A stretch of DNA of 64,000 nt, taken from Octopus bimaculoides. Lineage: Eukaryota. The notes below the pieces were generated by a model, which saw only the letters and a list, made by a program, of their open reading frames with translations, was not told the origin of the DNA and searched no databases. The position numbers were made by a program, and so were the translations under genes. The stretch covers positions 20,505,917 through 20,569,916 of the forward strand of contig NC_068998.1 of NCBI RefSeq assembly GCF_001194135.2, in the 5' to 3' direction. This document shows positions 1 through 13,667 of this stretch, in pieces; within the stretch, counting starts at the first letter, position 1, and each line of letters starts with the position of its first letter.

Positions 1-228
1 GAGTGTTTTTGTTTCACTTTTGACACGTAATACTTAAATAGTGGAGGAGATATTATGTTGCCGTGGGCTCGAACTCTGCAAGAAGTTAAAATTTTTTTTG
101 ACTAAAACACAACTGGAACCCTAAGTAAGGCATCTGTAAAATTTGAATGAAATTGGTTGCGTAGTTCTCGAGTTTTAGGGATTCACACAGACAGACAGAC
201 ACACATTCTCATTTTTATATATATAGAT
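1..228 (+). mobile_element. Probable non-autonomous Helitron/Helentron-type (Lep1/HINE-like) 3' fragment
   Basis: AAATTTGAATGAAATTGG...TAGTTCTCGAGTTT followed by (ACAG)n and a TTTTATATATATAGAT end; recognised by pattern only. Confidence 0.45.
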
Positions 229-1828
229 ATACATATATACAACGGGCTTCTTTCAGTTTCCGTCTACCAAATCCACTCACAAGGCTTTGGTCGGCCCGAG
301 GCTATAGTAGAAGACACTTGCCCAAGGTGCCACGCAGTGGGACTGAACCCGGAACCATGTGGTTGGTAAGCAAGCTACTTACCACGTGTATATAAATCTA
401 TAAATTTATCTATGAATGTTAATGTGTGTGTATCTGTGTGTACACAGACCCACACCTACGCACAAATGATAGATAGACGAATAAAAGTAGGCTGTGTGAT
501 TAAGAATTTTACTACCATTCGGTTATGATAGTCAGTTTTACTGCACTGCTCCTTGGGTACTTATTCCTATAACATTAGTTTGACTGAGTAGTCTCCCACT
601 AATTGTCATGATAAAATCCACAAATGTTATTGAAAGACTTAGAACAAAGCTTTAACCCTTTAGCATTTAAACCAGCCATATTCAGCCAAAATATCCCACA
701 TGTTTATATGTTCAAACTGGCCAGATCTGGCCTCTCACACTGACCCTACAATATCATTCTAAAAATTAACAGTTACCTCTTCAAAATCTCAAAGCTACAA
801 CCTAATGCATGATTAAGACTAAATAATGAAAATAAATAAGCATTACTTCTGACAGAATTCATGTGAAAACTAAAGTGTTAATCTTGATAATAGAAAGAAT
901 ATATACATATGCAACTTTTTATTTTCCTTTATTTGAAGTGTAAAAAAAAAAGGAAAATACCATTTAGTAAAAGAATAATAATAAAGAGGCACGATCATGG
1001 CCGTGTGGTTAAAGGAGCTTGCTTTGCAACCATGTAGTCTTGGGTTCAACTCCATTGCATGATACCTTGGACAAGTGTCTTCTGTAGCACTGGGCGAGCC
1101 AATGCCTTGTGAGCTTGACAGATGAATACTGTGTGGAAGCTTGTTTTGTGTATATTTGTGTTTGTCTCACTGCTTGACAACCAGTGTAGGTTTGTTGACA
1201 TCTCTGTAACTTAGCTGTCATAGTGAGCCATAGTAAATCTTTCATTAGCTGGTTACACAACCATGGACACCACCCCTATGGATGTGTTGCAGTTACTCTC
1301 GATAGAGCTTGGTAATCCTGACCTATGACTCAAGTTCCCAATTCAAATTCATAATAAGGGAATTGGATGGCAACACAGAATAATGGGAATCTGTTAAAGC
1401 AGTGGGTGGGTGAGGGAAAGAAGAGCTCAACAGCCTGACCGAATAAATATCATCAACATCATTTAGTGTTTGCTTTCCATGCTGGCATGGGTTAGTTGGT
1501 TTGACTGGAACTGGTGAGCTGGAGAGCTGCACCATGTTCCAGTCTGGTCTGGTTTGGTATGGTTTCTATGGCTGAATGCCCTTCTTAACGCCAACCACTC
1601 CAGGAGTGTAATGAGTGCTTTTAACATGCCAATTATGTGACACCAGCATCGGCCATAACTACGATTTCACTTGGCTTGATGAGTCTTCTCAAGCATAGCA
1701 TATTGCCAAAGTTCTCGGTCACTTGTCATCTAATGATGATGATATTTTAGGAAACTATACTAGGATTTTCAAAGCTTCAACAATCAGCTTTTTCATTTCA
1801 GTCAACTCATTGAACATCATAGCTTATA

Positions 1829-2293
1829 CATTATTTACATTTGACGGATATTTGTCCTCATCTTGTTTGTTGTTCACACAACGTTTCGGCTGATATACCC
1901 TCCAGCCTTCATCAGGTGTCTTGGGGAAATTTCGAACCTGGATTCTCATTCCTAAGGTATTTGTCGATGTTTATCCTCCTCCTCCTCCAGGACACTGCCT
2001 GGAATCAAACTCAGAATCTTGGGGTTAGTAGCCAGTGCTACTAACCCCAACATTCCGTTCGATTCCAGGCAGTAACCTGAATAATAATAATAATAATAAT
2101 AATAACATCAAAAAAATATCTTAGGAATGAGAACCCAGGCTCAAAATTTCCCCCAAGACACCTGATGAAGGCTGGAGGGTATATCAGCCGAGACGTTGTG
2201 TTGACAACAAACAAGATGAGGACAAATATCTGTCAAATGTAAATAATGTAATTAATGTACACAATTCCTCATCTCTTAAATATAGAACTGTAT
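1829..2293. mobile_element. Fold-back (head-to-head) element: tRNA-like head, microsatellite and hammerhead-bearing Penelope-type tail
   Basis: Arms 1828-2032 and 2037-2249 are reverse complements apart from the internal microsatellite. B box GTTCGATTC at 2057-2065. Flanks ca(t/c)agcttata at 1818-1828 and 2294-2304. Confidence 0.75.
1875..1920 (-). ncRNA. Minimal type I hammerhead ribozyme motif (Penelope-like-element type), intact core
   Basis: The minus strand reads ACAC-CUGAUGA-A-GGCUG(GAGGGUAUAU)CAGCC-GAAA-CGUU-GUGU. This gives both core boxes, a 5-bp helix II, a 4-bp helix I and a palindromic AACGUU in place of helix III. Confidence 0.7.
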
Positions 2294-2912
2294 CACAGCT
2301 TATAATTCATTAACAGTTAATGCCGAGAATTTTCATTTACACACTAAATCAGTGTTTAGCTGCAGATGTCGGATCTTTGCCTCATTGAGGAAAACTCAAC
2401 ATGTCAGTAACTGTATTTGAGTGAATTTAGCTCCATTCATCCATTCATTCATTTATCCCTCCATCCATCTTCTCTGTTCACTAATCCTCAGAGGGTCATG
2501 AAGGTAGTGTCCTCAGACACCTCCTGCATAGCCTTGTGAGTGGATTTTGTTGACGGAAAATGGAAAAAAGACCATTGTCCATCCATCCATCCATTCATCC
2601 ATCCATCTATCATCATTTAACAACTGCCTTCCGTGCTTGCATGAGTTGGGTGGTTTATATATGTATGTGTGTCTGTGTATATATATATGTAGAGAGAGAA
2701 AATTAATATAAACAACAGTTTGCAATGTTTCACCAAAAAGGAGAATTATAATTATCATTAAATGTGACAATTACACTGTTAGTGTATGTTTTCATTCATA
2801 TGCATTAACTACATCATTAGAGTGGTTTAGCTCTTATTTCTAGCAGTGTAGGTGTTTCCTAACACCCTAGTCACATTTAGTGATAGTTTTATATATATAT
2901 ATATATATATAG

Positions 2913-3165
2913 TGGAGGCGTGTGGCTTAGTGGTTAGGGTGTCAGCATCATGATTACAAGATTGTGATTTTGATTCCTGGACCGGGCGACGCGTTGTGTT
3001 CTTGAGCAAAACAATTCATTTCACATTGCTCCAGTCCACTCAGCTGGCAAAAATGAGTAACGCTGCGATGGACTGGCGTCCCATCCAGCTGGGGAACACA
3101 TACGCCATTGAAACCGGGAAACCGGGCCCATGAGCCTGGCTAGGCTTTAAAAGGGCACATTTATT
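2913..3165 (+). mobile_element. tRNA-derived SINE with CORE-like and V-domain-like central segments
   Basis: A box TGGCTTAGTGG, degenerate B box, TTGAGCAAAACA...CTCAGCTG and GCGATGGACTGGCGTCCCATCCAG. Confidence 0.65.
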
Positions 3166-3469
3166 TTATTATTTTTTCATATATATATATATATGTATTA
3201 GTCTCCTTGTCTTATATAGCATGATAGTTGAAGAAGAATATTACTGTCATGTAAGCAGTGTCTTACATTTCTAATCTTCTGTGAAAACATCTGGTCATGA
3301 GGAGTTTTTAACTTTCTTGTAAAATAAGTGAGGCTTGGTGACAGGAAGGGCATCCAACCGTAGAAAATCTGTAAGTAGATGTTAAAACGATGATGATGAA
3401 TGAAAGTTTGTGGAAACTAAGAGAATTATCTTACAATTACCATTTCCCATTTTCTTTTTTGTGGATATA

Positions 3470-3612
3470 GGCACAGGTGTGGCTGTGTGGTAAGTAGCTT
3501 GCTTACCAACCACATGGTTCCGGGTTCAGTCCCACTGCGTAGCATCTTGGGCAAGTGTCTGCTACTCTAGTCTCGGGCTGACCAAAGCCTTGTGAGTGGA
3601 TTTGGTAGATAC

Positions 3613-3665
<53 letters not shown>

Positions 3666-3869
3666 TATATATATGTATGTATGTATATGCATGTGTGTAT
3701 GTGTATGTTTGTGTGTCTGTGTTTGCGTCCCTGTAACTTAGTGGTTCAGCAATAGGGTCTGATAGAATAAGTACTAGGCTTACAAAGAATAAGTTCTGGG
3801 GTCGATTTGCTTGACTAAAGGCGGTGCTCCAGCATGGCCACAGTCAAATGACTGAAACAAATAAAAGAA
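3470..3869 (+). mobile_element. tRNA-derived SINE family A, full length
   Basis: Head GGC.AGG.GTGGCTGTGTGGTAAG...GGTTCAGTCCC, internal (TA/TG)n and tail CTCCAGCATGGCC.CAG...CTGAAACAA.TAAAAGA. More than 15 copies or fragments occur in the window. Confidence 0.9.
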
Positions 3870-4376
3870 TATGTTCTAAACAACCATTTCTTGTTTTATC
3901 ACAACTCTCTAATTCCGTTTTCCCTACATGACCACATTGTATGAGTATGGACATGCTTTTGTGCATTATGTAAATTATTTAGTGTGTGTGTGTGTGTGTG
4001 TTTGTACTAAGTTTACACCTACCAAAGCCCATATACAACTCATTGGTTAGCCCAAGGGCATGGTAGAAGAAACTTACCCCAGAAACTACTACACACTGGA
4101 AGTACATGGTTACAAAGTGAACCCTTTTTTTTTTTTTCCTAACTTATGGCCTGTACCTCATTCCCAACATTTTCTTCTATGGGCCTTCATACTCTCCTGC
4201 AACATCCTTTAGCCAGGAATATGGCATTGGTTTCAATCAATACTAAACAACTAAATGGCTATCCAGTTTACACCTGGCATTGATTTCTTTACAATGGCTG
4301 CTTTGTTGCCACTTGCACCAATAACATGAGTATTACACAAAGTACACAACATTTATTAAAGCATATATGTGTGTGC

Positions 4377-4421
<45 letters not shown>

Positions 4422-5025
4422 CATGCATATATACACACACATACACACAAATGCTATAAATATATGGATTTCTGTCAAGAAAGTGCCTAGTTGTTTGATA
4501 ACCTGAGCTACTTAATGAATTTGCACATAATTGACTGAGTATTCCACAGACCTGTATTCCATTAATGTAATCCTCAAAGTAGACTCAGTGTGATTCAGTA
4601 TCTGGCGACAGGGTATATCTTTAACCATTGAGCGTTTAAACCAGCCATATCCGGCTCAGATATTCTACTTGTTTTATGTTTAACACTTTAGCATTTAAAC
4701 TGGCCATATCCAGCCAATATATTCCACCAGTTTTGTGTTTGAACTGGTCAGATCCAGTCTCTTACACCTACTCTTCAATGTAACTTTAAAAGTAAATAAT
4801 CACCTCATTGAACTCCCAAAACTATGATTTAAAGCATGATTAATTCAATGTGAATACATAAGCATTGCATTTGACAGGATAATCTGAATGCTAAAGGGTT
4901 AAACTGGTGAGATCCAGTCTCTCACATCTACCCTAGAATGTCATTTTAAAAATAAACAGTCACATCATTGAAATCTTGAAGCTATGAAATAATGCATCAT
5001 TAATTCAAAACAATGTGAATAAATA

Positions 5026-5369
5026 GGCGTAGGAGTGGTTGTGTGGTAAGTAGCTTGCTTACCAACCACATGATTCCGGGTTCAGTCCCACTGCGTGGCA
5101 TCTTGGGCAAGTGTCTTCTACTATAGCCTCGTGAGTGGATTTGGTAGATGGAAACTGAAAGAAGCCCGTTGTATATATGTATGTGTGTCTGTGTTTGTCC
5201 CCGCAACATCGCTTGACAATTGATGCTGGTGTGTTTACATCCCCATAACTTAGCGGTTCGGCAAAAGAGACCAATAAGCTTCCAAAGAATAAGTCCTGGG
5301 ATCGATTTGCTCGACTAAAGCCGGTGCACCAGCATGGCCACAGTCAAAAGACTGAAACAAGTAAAAGAG
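5026..5369 (+). mobile_element. SINE family A inserted in a TTAA MITE
   Basis: TAAATA duplicated at 5020-25 and 5370-75; the MITE sequence resumes after the SINE. Confidence 0.9.
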
Positions 5370-5983
5370 TAAATAAGCATTGCATTTGACAGAGTAATCT
5401 GAATGCTAAAGGTTAAATTGAATGTGTTGTCCATTACATGACTCTGGGCTTCTACACAGTTTCTGTCTTCTCACTTTTCGCTCACAAGACGTGGGTTGAC
5501 TCGAGACCATAGTAAATGACACGAGCCCAAGAAGTCATGATTGCAATGCAAACTTCTTAACCATTTGACCATACTGTGAACCCGTGCACACACACACATG
5601 CACATATTCAGAGGTTGATCTTGGTTGTGTTTATGTATCACCATCATCATCATCATCATCGCTTTAATGTTCACTCTTCCATGCTTACATGAGTTTGATG
5701 GAATTTATTTGTGGAAGATTTTTCTACAGCCAAATGCTCTTCATGTCACCAACTTTCATCTGTTTCTGAGCAAGAGAATATTGGAAATGAATGACACTGC
5801 TTGTATGACAGTGACAATCATTTACAATTACCACAGATGTGAAGACAAGGAGAGAGAGTGGGGGATGCATGCACACGCACACACACACACACACACTGAA
5901 TTTCTTATAGTTTCTTTCTACTAAATCCACCAACAAGGCTGGTGCTTTATTTGGCTCCGTGCCACCCTAAAGAAATTGACATA

Positions 5984-6113
5984 CACACATACACATACAC
6001 CCATACATATATATTTGTACATGTGTGTATGTATATATACATATATAAATACATAGGTTCACAAATGAATTCCATGTTTACACACATGAATGTTAACTTG
6101 TATGTATATGCTT

Positions 6114-6146
<33 letters not shown>

Positions 6147-6243
6147 CATACACATACACCCATACATATATATTTGTACATGTGTGTATGTATATATACA
6201 TACATAAATACATAGGTTCACAAATGAATTCCATGCTTACACA
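5984..6243 (+). repeat. Tandem direct duplication, about 100-bp unit, 159-bp period
   Basis: CCATACATATATATTTGTACATG...GAATTCCATG begins at 6001 and again at 6160. Confidence 0.9.
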
Positions 6244-7239
6244 CACACACACACACACACACTTTGACATGATTACAAAGATCACCTGTTAATGAGGTTC
6301 AGAAGGAAGTAATTAAAACCGGGATTCATGCAATTTGAACGGTTTCTATTTATTCAATCACATCTTTGTTTCTCCATCATGTGTGTTAATGGAATTCTTG
6401 GAGAAGAAATGAGATCTTAGGATTGGGGTGTTAGTAATTACTGCGATACAATTAAGCAAAATTGAACCTTTCTAGTTTGTCAGGATTGCTATCGATGCTG
6501 CTACTATGGCTGATGCTGCTATCTTGCTGCCGTTTTGTTGTTGTTGTTGATTAGCCCCAGGTAAGCCTTGTTCAGCAGATCAGAATTTACCTGAGTGTCT
6601 CCTGTTAGGAAAAACTTCCCAACCAGCTCCAACCTATTTTTCTTTCCCAAATAGTGTATCTAGGTTAGTGATGTCAATGAATGTCATTTATTTCCAATAT
6701 TCTGTGAAAATATTTCTAACCATGGGGGGAAAATATTACCTTCCTTGGAAACAGGTGAGGTTTGGCAATAGGAAGGGCAGCTGTCTGTAAAAAATCTGCT
6801 TCACTGAATTTTGTTTGATTCATGCATAAATGGAAAAGTGGACATTAAAATGATGATGATGCTGATGATGATAATGATGACAATGATGATAGTGCATGAT
6901 TTAAGGGATATATGGCTGCTATTTCTAGCTGCTCAAGCAATTGTGTAAAAGCTCTCGCATGTGTGCACTGTTACTATTGCTGCTGTTGTTGTTGTCATTA
7001 CTGTTGATTAATGGTCTAACATAAATTGTCCCTAAACTTAAAGAACCACATCAGACTAAGGTTGCTAGGCTGTTACAATAGACTTGATAAAAGATTTTGA
7101 CAAAGAATGATGGGAAAAGCTGCTTAACAAAACCCTTTTCTTGTCGATTCTGCTGATAACTCTTCACTGGGATCCAATTTTTGTTGATCAGCCAGTTGTT
7201 ACAGTAGCTATCTTTCATTCACACCTCAATTAGAATCGG

Positions 7240-7350
7240 TTTTTTTCTTGTCGTCATCGTTGTCCTCGTCGTCGTCGTCGTCCTCCACCACCACATCATC
7301 CTCCTCCTCCTCCTCCTCCTCCTCATCATCATCATCATCATCACCGGTGT
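7240..7350. repeat. Compound trinucleotide microsatellite (TCG/TCC/TCA)
   Basis: Seen directly. Other long simple repeats include (TA)n at 4378-4418, 39321-39375 and 47022-47075, (AAT)n at 27319-27370 and (ATT)n at 51998-52035. Confidence 0.9.
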
Positions 7351-8163
7351 CTTCATCATTGACATTAATTTCAAGGTCTGTTTCAAGGGTGTCTGTGTGC
7401 CTTTGTGTTTGTCCCTCCACATTGCTTGACACACTAGTGTTAGTTAGTTTGTTTACATCCCTGTAACTTAGTGGTTTGGCAAAAGAGACCAATAAAATAA
7501 ATACCAGACTTATATATATGGGTGCTGGGGTTGATCTGTTTGACTGAAACCCTTCAAATACTGTGCTCCAGCATGGCCACAATCCAATGACTGAAGCAAG
7601 TAAAAGATGAGAAGGGGTAAAATATCCTTAAACCACACAGTTGGTCTGAATCTCGCTGCTGAGTGGGACTTGCTAAAGCACTCAAGGACCAGGTTTCATT
7701 GTTTAACTGGGCAAAAGATTATGTCTGTTACAGAAGCTGGCCATGTAGGATTTGAACACAGAAGGCTAGGAACTGGAATAAATACCATTCCATATAACAC
7801 TACTGATTAATAACATTCCATATAACACTAGTGATTCCACCACTCAGCTGCCATAAATTGGTATTTCTCTGTTGATCCCAGAAGGATGATAGGCAAAATT
7901 GACTGAGATGTGTTTTGAACTTAGAATACAAAGAACTGTAATATATACGGCAGGACATTTTGTTTGATTCTGTTGTGTGTGGGGAGAGTCATTTTCCTTT
8001 TGTGCCTTATAATTTAACACACTCACCGGTAAAATTTCCACTTATTCCTTATTTTTATTTCCCTAAAATTTTCATTGCGTCTTGCAACCTTTTCAATAGT
8101 CTTGAGTCTGTCCGTTATTTACCCTGCGTTCCTTTTTGTTTGTTTGTGCACATGTGTGTAGGT

Positions 8164-8197
<34 letters not shown>

Positions 8198-10824
8198 CTA
8201 TGATTGATATTCTAAGTGAAATGACTACCAACAACAATTTATGTTGCAGTGAGCCTGGAGATTACTTTTACATGTATTAAGCTAATACTTTAAACATGGT
8301 ATACTTCTTACTCTGATTGTTAAACACCTTTAAAACAACTGGATAGATTTCACAGCAATAACAGAGAATTAAGGACACATGACAAAGTTTGAAACATATT
8401 AATTTCTGTGGCCATTTGATCTGCTAGAAATAGCAGCCAAATCTCCTTCAGCGTGCTTGCACATACACACACATGCACATATATTTCTTTTATTTCTTTC
8501 ATGGGTTTCAGCCAGAGGCTGAGGCCATGCTGGTGCACCACCTTGAACATGATGAGTTTCTTTCACCTTCTATATAGCAGATCCACTCACAAGGCTTTAG
8601 TTGGTTATAGTTAGAAGACACTTGCCCAAGGTGCCATGCAGTGGTGCTGAACTTGAAACCATGTGGTTGGAAAGCAAACTTCTTAACCACAAGCTGCACG
8701 TGTGATCAATATCTACGCATGTTATCCATGTACATTTCATAACAGAACTTTTACATGTACCATAAAGTCAGTTTTATAAAAACTTTGTATTAGTCACTCC
8801 CCCACATGTAATGATTTTACTTTGCGAACATTTTGCTTTTTATTGAAATAAATACACCAATTGTCAGTGCAAGCATGGCCATATGGTTAAGAAGTTCATT
8901 GTACAACCATGTGGCTTCGGTTTGGTCTCATTGCACAGCACCTTTGGTAAGTGTCTTCTACTCAAAACCTTAGGCCAAACCAATGCTTTGTAAGTGAATT
9001 TGGGTAACAAAATCTGTGTGGAAGCCCATTGTGTGTGTGTTTCTTTGTGTTTGTATTTGTCCCCTTACTGCTTGACAACTTGTATTTCTTTCATTTTTTT
9101 TACTTGTTTCAATCATTTGACAGTGGCCCTGCTGGGGCACCACCTTGAAGGATTTTAGTCAAACAAACCGACCCCAGGATGTATTTGTTTGAAAGCCTAG
9201 TGTCTCTTTTGCTAAACTGCCAAGTTACAGGGACATAAACACATCAACACCGGTTGTCAAGAGGTGGGAGGGGGACAAACACAGACACAAAGACACACAC
9301 ACATGGATATATATACATATATCTTTTAAACTTGTTTATGGAAAATGTTTTGAATATGCAAATAAAGCTTGTATTCCATTATGCTAGCCACTGTCTAATG
9401 ATGCTGACTGGTGAACCAGTTTTTTGGGGTTGCATCGAACTGTACCAATATAATGTAGGATAAATATAATAATAAACATTTATAAACATTTAACACATTG
9501 CTACTTGCTTCTCCACAAATCACATGTCTCTGAAGATCACAGTCCATATTCCTGGGATGATTACACTGTAGTATGTAGTAGCCATGGGCATCAGGTTGGT
9601 CATCTTCATGGATTCATTTCTTCAGGTGATATAACATTAATGGATGTTTAACAGAGGGATGTTTATCCTTTTTGACCAGTGTGAAGGTTGATCGAATTAT
9701 GTGGGTATTTCTGTGTGTATTTGGTTAGGAGGAGGGGAAGTTGATGGAAAGAGAAGAAGGAATGGTAGTTCTATGGTGATGGAGGTGTATGTGGTGATGT
9801 TGGACTTATTTTGCTATTCATTCTGCAAATATCAAGGATATATATACATACAACAAGCTTTTTCCAGTTTCCATCTATGAAATCCATTCACAAGGCTTTG
9901 GTCAGCTCAAGGCTGTAGTAGTAAATACTTGCTCAAGGTGCCAGGCAGTGGGATTGATCCTGGAACCATGTAGCTGGTAAGCAACCTTCTTACCACACAG
10001 CCATGCCTCCTGCAACTTACCAGTTCTGTAAAAAAGACTGATAGAATTAAGCACCAGACTTTAAAAAAAAAAAAAGAAGTATTGAGGTTGATTTGTTTGA
10101 CTAAGCACTTCAGAGCAGTGCTCTAGCATGGCCACCGTCCAATGACTGAAACAAGTAATAGATGTAATTTACAATTTTGGTTTATGCCCATCTAAAACAT
10201 CCCACCTTTTTTAATACCTGTCCAAGTGTTTTCAGGATATTTTTTTTTTTTAGTTTTTGTAGTGCTGTTCTCAATTAAACAAAATTTCAGATTTTCAAGT
10301 TGTTTTTATTTTGGAATTTTGGAATTTCAGATAAAAGATTATAAACTGTACTAGTGTGGAACAAAATCAAAACCGAAAATAAATAAATAAAAGAAAGAAA
10401 TGAAATGGATATGAATCTGTAAAGAAAGAACAAAAAAATGGTGAATTTTATCGCTAGTATTCTCAATTACATTGTAACTTTCTGGACCTTATAACTGCAA
10501 CCTTATAACAATACAGGAGTAAAAATAAATTAGTTCCGTTACCTAGGTGACTGTTGAAGGTGAAGCCATTGAGAGCACAATGAAACAGGAGGAGAAGGAG
10601 CAGGAGGGGGAGGGTGTAGTAGCTGGGGGATTTGTGGGTAGCTATTTTCTATGTGTGTGTGTGGGTGCGTGTGTGTGTGTGTGTGTGCGCGTGTGTGTGT
10701 GTGTGTGTGCGTGTGTGTGTGTGAGATCATATAGGATGTGTTTGTGTCTATCTACATGCTTGTGTTTATATGAATGTATATAGAAAACAGATTGTGTATG
10801 TGTGTATATGTATGTATCTGTCTG

Positions 10825-10887
<63 letters not shown>

Positions 10888-11754
10888 ATGACAACATATA
10901 GGATATCTTTGTGTCTACATGTGTATGTTTACATGAATGTATATAGAAAATATAAATTGTGTATATGTGTAATTCTTCAAAATATGGGTTGTGTGTGTAT
11001 GTGTGTGTGCGTGTGTATTAATATATAGGATGTGTTTGTGTGTATCTACATGACTGTATGTATATGTACATGACTATAATATGGAATGGTGTGTGTGCGT
11101 AACATGAATGCATAAACAAAAGACTGGGTGTAAAAGAATAACTGAAGTGTTTAATAACTAAGGATTTTGAACATTGCCAGTTCTCTCTTTTTTTTCCCAT
11201 TTTTTTTTATGTGAGTGTGTAAGTGTATGCTTATGCACATGTATATGCACGTGCATGTATTCATTTCAGATACACTTGTGCGTGTCACTTATGTATGTGC
11301 TCATGTTTGCATGTACCAAAAGGCAGACTGCAAATAACCGTACATCAATTTGTAATGTCATACTGTTGTATGCAGATGTTAAGAAATCAGATTAAACATT
11401 TAAGGAAAGGAAACAGCTTTGTGGTTTAAGAAGCTGTTTTGGCAACCATGTGGCTTTGGGTTCAGTTCCACTGTGTGACACTTTGAGCCAGTCTCTTCTG
11501 TTTTAACTCTGGGTTGGATAATACCTTGTGAATGAATTTGGTTGTCGGAACTGGCACTCTGTTGGTTATGAAGATGTGGGTTCCAGTTGATCTGATCAGT
11601 GGAACAGACTGCTCATGAAATTAACATGCAAGTGGCTGAGCACTCCACAGACATGCATCCCTCAATGTAGTACTCAGTGAGATTCAGTGTGACATAGTAC
11701 GTGATAAGGTTGACCCTTTGAAATACAAGTACAACTCATTTTTTTTGCCAGTTA

Positions 11755-11970
11755 AGGTCACAACTGGTGTCTAGAGTTTTTGATCAGCTATGTCCACACT
11801 ATAAGTTCCTCATACAGGGCTGACTAATGCAAGCCAACCACTTTGTAAGAGAGGAGTGTACTCGATTATAACTAGCACACGTTTCATTATGAACCACAGA
11901 AATGAGAAGCAAAAAATTAACATTAAATACTCAGAGTAGCAACACTATGTATGTAAATGTGTGTGTGTGT
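11755..11970. repeat. Inverted duplicate of 16034-16247
   Basis: About 215 bp reverse-complement match, roughly 94% identity by eye with one 3-nt indel. Confidence 0.92.
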
Positions 11971-12439
11971 ATGTGTGACTTGCTCAAGGATACTATATGC
12001 TGCCAGGTATTGAACTCAAGATCCCTTTGAAATCATGAGCTGAATATTGGAACCACTTACCCATGTGCCTTCACATCTGTTTGACAGAAACTGTAGAAAC
12101 CTATCATGTATGTGTGTGTTTGTGCATTTGTCCCCTGCCGCCACTTGACAACTGGAGCTAGTTTGTATATGTCCCTATAGTAGAGCAGTTTGACAAAAGA
12201 AACTAACAGAATAAGCGTTAGACTTTTAAAAAAATAACTACTGGGGTTGATTTGTTCAAATAAACCTTTTAAAATGGTGCCCCAGAATGATCACAGTTCA
12301 ATGACTAAAACCAGTAAAAGGATAAAAGATAATATGTGTGTGTGTGTGTTTGTATGGGTTATAGATGTAGTCCATCACTTGGTTTAACCGTTTAGCAATT
12401 AAACTGATCATATCTGGCCCAAATATTCAACCTGTTGTA

Positions 12440-12654
12440 TGAGGGGGTGCTAAAATGTTCCTGGCTATTGGGGTTCCACAAAGGCCTGGTTGGAGGCCCA
12501 ACCTTCCAAGTTCTTTTACAGGGTTTAGAAAAACTGAAGGACCACTGCAATAAGTGTGTGAACCTGAGAGGGGAATATGTTGAATAAATCATTATTAACT
12601 GATCCTCCTGTATTTTCTATTACCCAAAGCCAAGAACTTTTCAGTACCCCGCTG
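12440..12654 (+). mobile_element. Mariner internal-deletion derivative nested in a TTAA MITE
   Basis: TA-flanked imperfect TIRs GAGGGGGTGCTAAAATGTTCCTGGCT / AGCCAAGAACTTTTCAGTACCCC. Encodes the transposase tail FxQGLEKLKDHCNKCVNLRGEYVE*. Confidence 0.85.
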
Positions 12655-13011
12655 TACATTTAAACCAGCCAGATCCAGCCTCTCACACCTACCCTACAAT
12701 GTCATTCTAAAAATAACGATTACATCATCAAAATTTTGAAGTTACCAAATAATTCAAAACAATAAGAATAAATAAGTATTACATTTGGTAGAATAATCTG
12801 AATGCTAAAGGGTTCTGATCGTTTCCTGGTTTTATGTGTCTGAAGGGGAGTTCATCCTGTTACAAGCTTTCAGATTAAGTTTCATTGGTTTGAAGAGACT
12901 TTGTTTTCACCTCTTTACCGTTTTTAGGGACCCTGTAAAGCATCTTGGACATTTTCCTTGTCCCCTGACTAAGAGATAACACATTGTATGTTTGTATATA
13001 TGTAATGTATT

Positions 13012-13088
<77 letters not shown>

Positions 13089-13634
13089 ATCCCTTGACAT
13101 TAAGTTATCAACAAATCAGAGAAAAATTCTGCTGAACATATTTGAAAGTAGACAGCGTTATTTTATATTTCAGTGATTGCGTACAGGTACAATTCAACCA
13201 GTAGGATTCTGCACAGTTTCTGTCTTCCTATAGAAAGATCAGCTATTGAAATTGACATAAATAAAATTAAAATGAGCTAGGAGAAATACCTGTTTGGTCA
13301 ACGGTATATGTTTGAAAAATGAAAGCGAATAAAGTTATATTAAATACCACACTAGGTGGATTCTTAATAATTGAAATTATCTCTGTTTCCAGAGATGGTA
13401 GAACAATCATTTGGTGGCTGTTAGGACCGACTCTATATGTGAAGGGGAGATAATTTCATGACTCAATTCTCCAAAATCCAGTATGTTTTTCTGGAGACAA
13501 CTGCTCTAGGTGTGTATTCTTGCCTTTGTAGGTGTCAACAGCACAATATCTCCAGCAGATGAGAGACTTAGGCATAAAAACAAAATAGAGCGAATACATT
13601 TATGGCCTAGATAATTTTCAGAAAAATGAAAATG

Positions 13635-13667
<33 letters not shown>

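Noticed and set aside
7051-7218. 55-codon - strand ORF MKDSYCNNWLINKNW...
   Set aside because: No recognisable motif or convincing splice sites, and the length is within chance. A BLAST search could revive it.
7219-7582. Acidic poly-D/E ORF on the - strand
   Set aside because: A compound trinucleotide repeat fused to a SINE A body; all three overlapping ORFs are low complexity.
10547-10630. Purine-rich exon-like stretch (VTVEGEAIESTMKQEEKEQ) as a possible upstream CTDSPL2 exon
   Set aside because: Weak pyrimidine tract and no good donor; runs into a (TG)n microsatellite.
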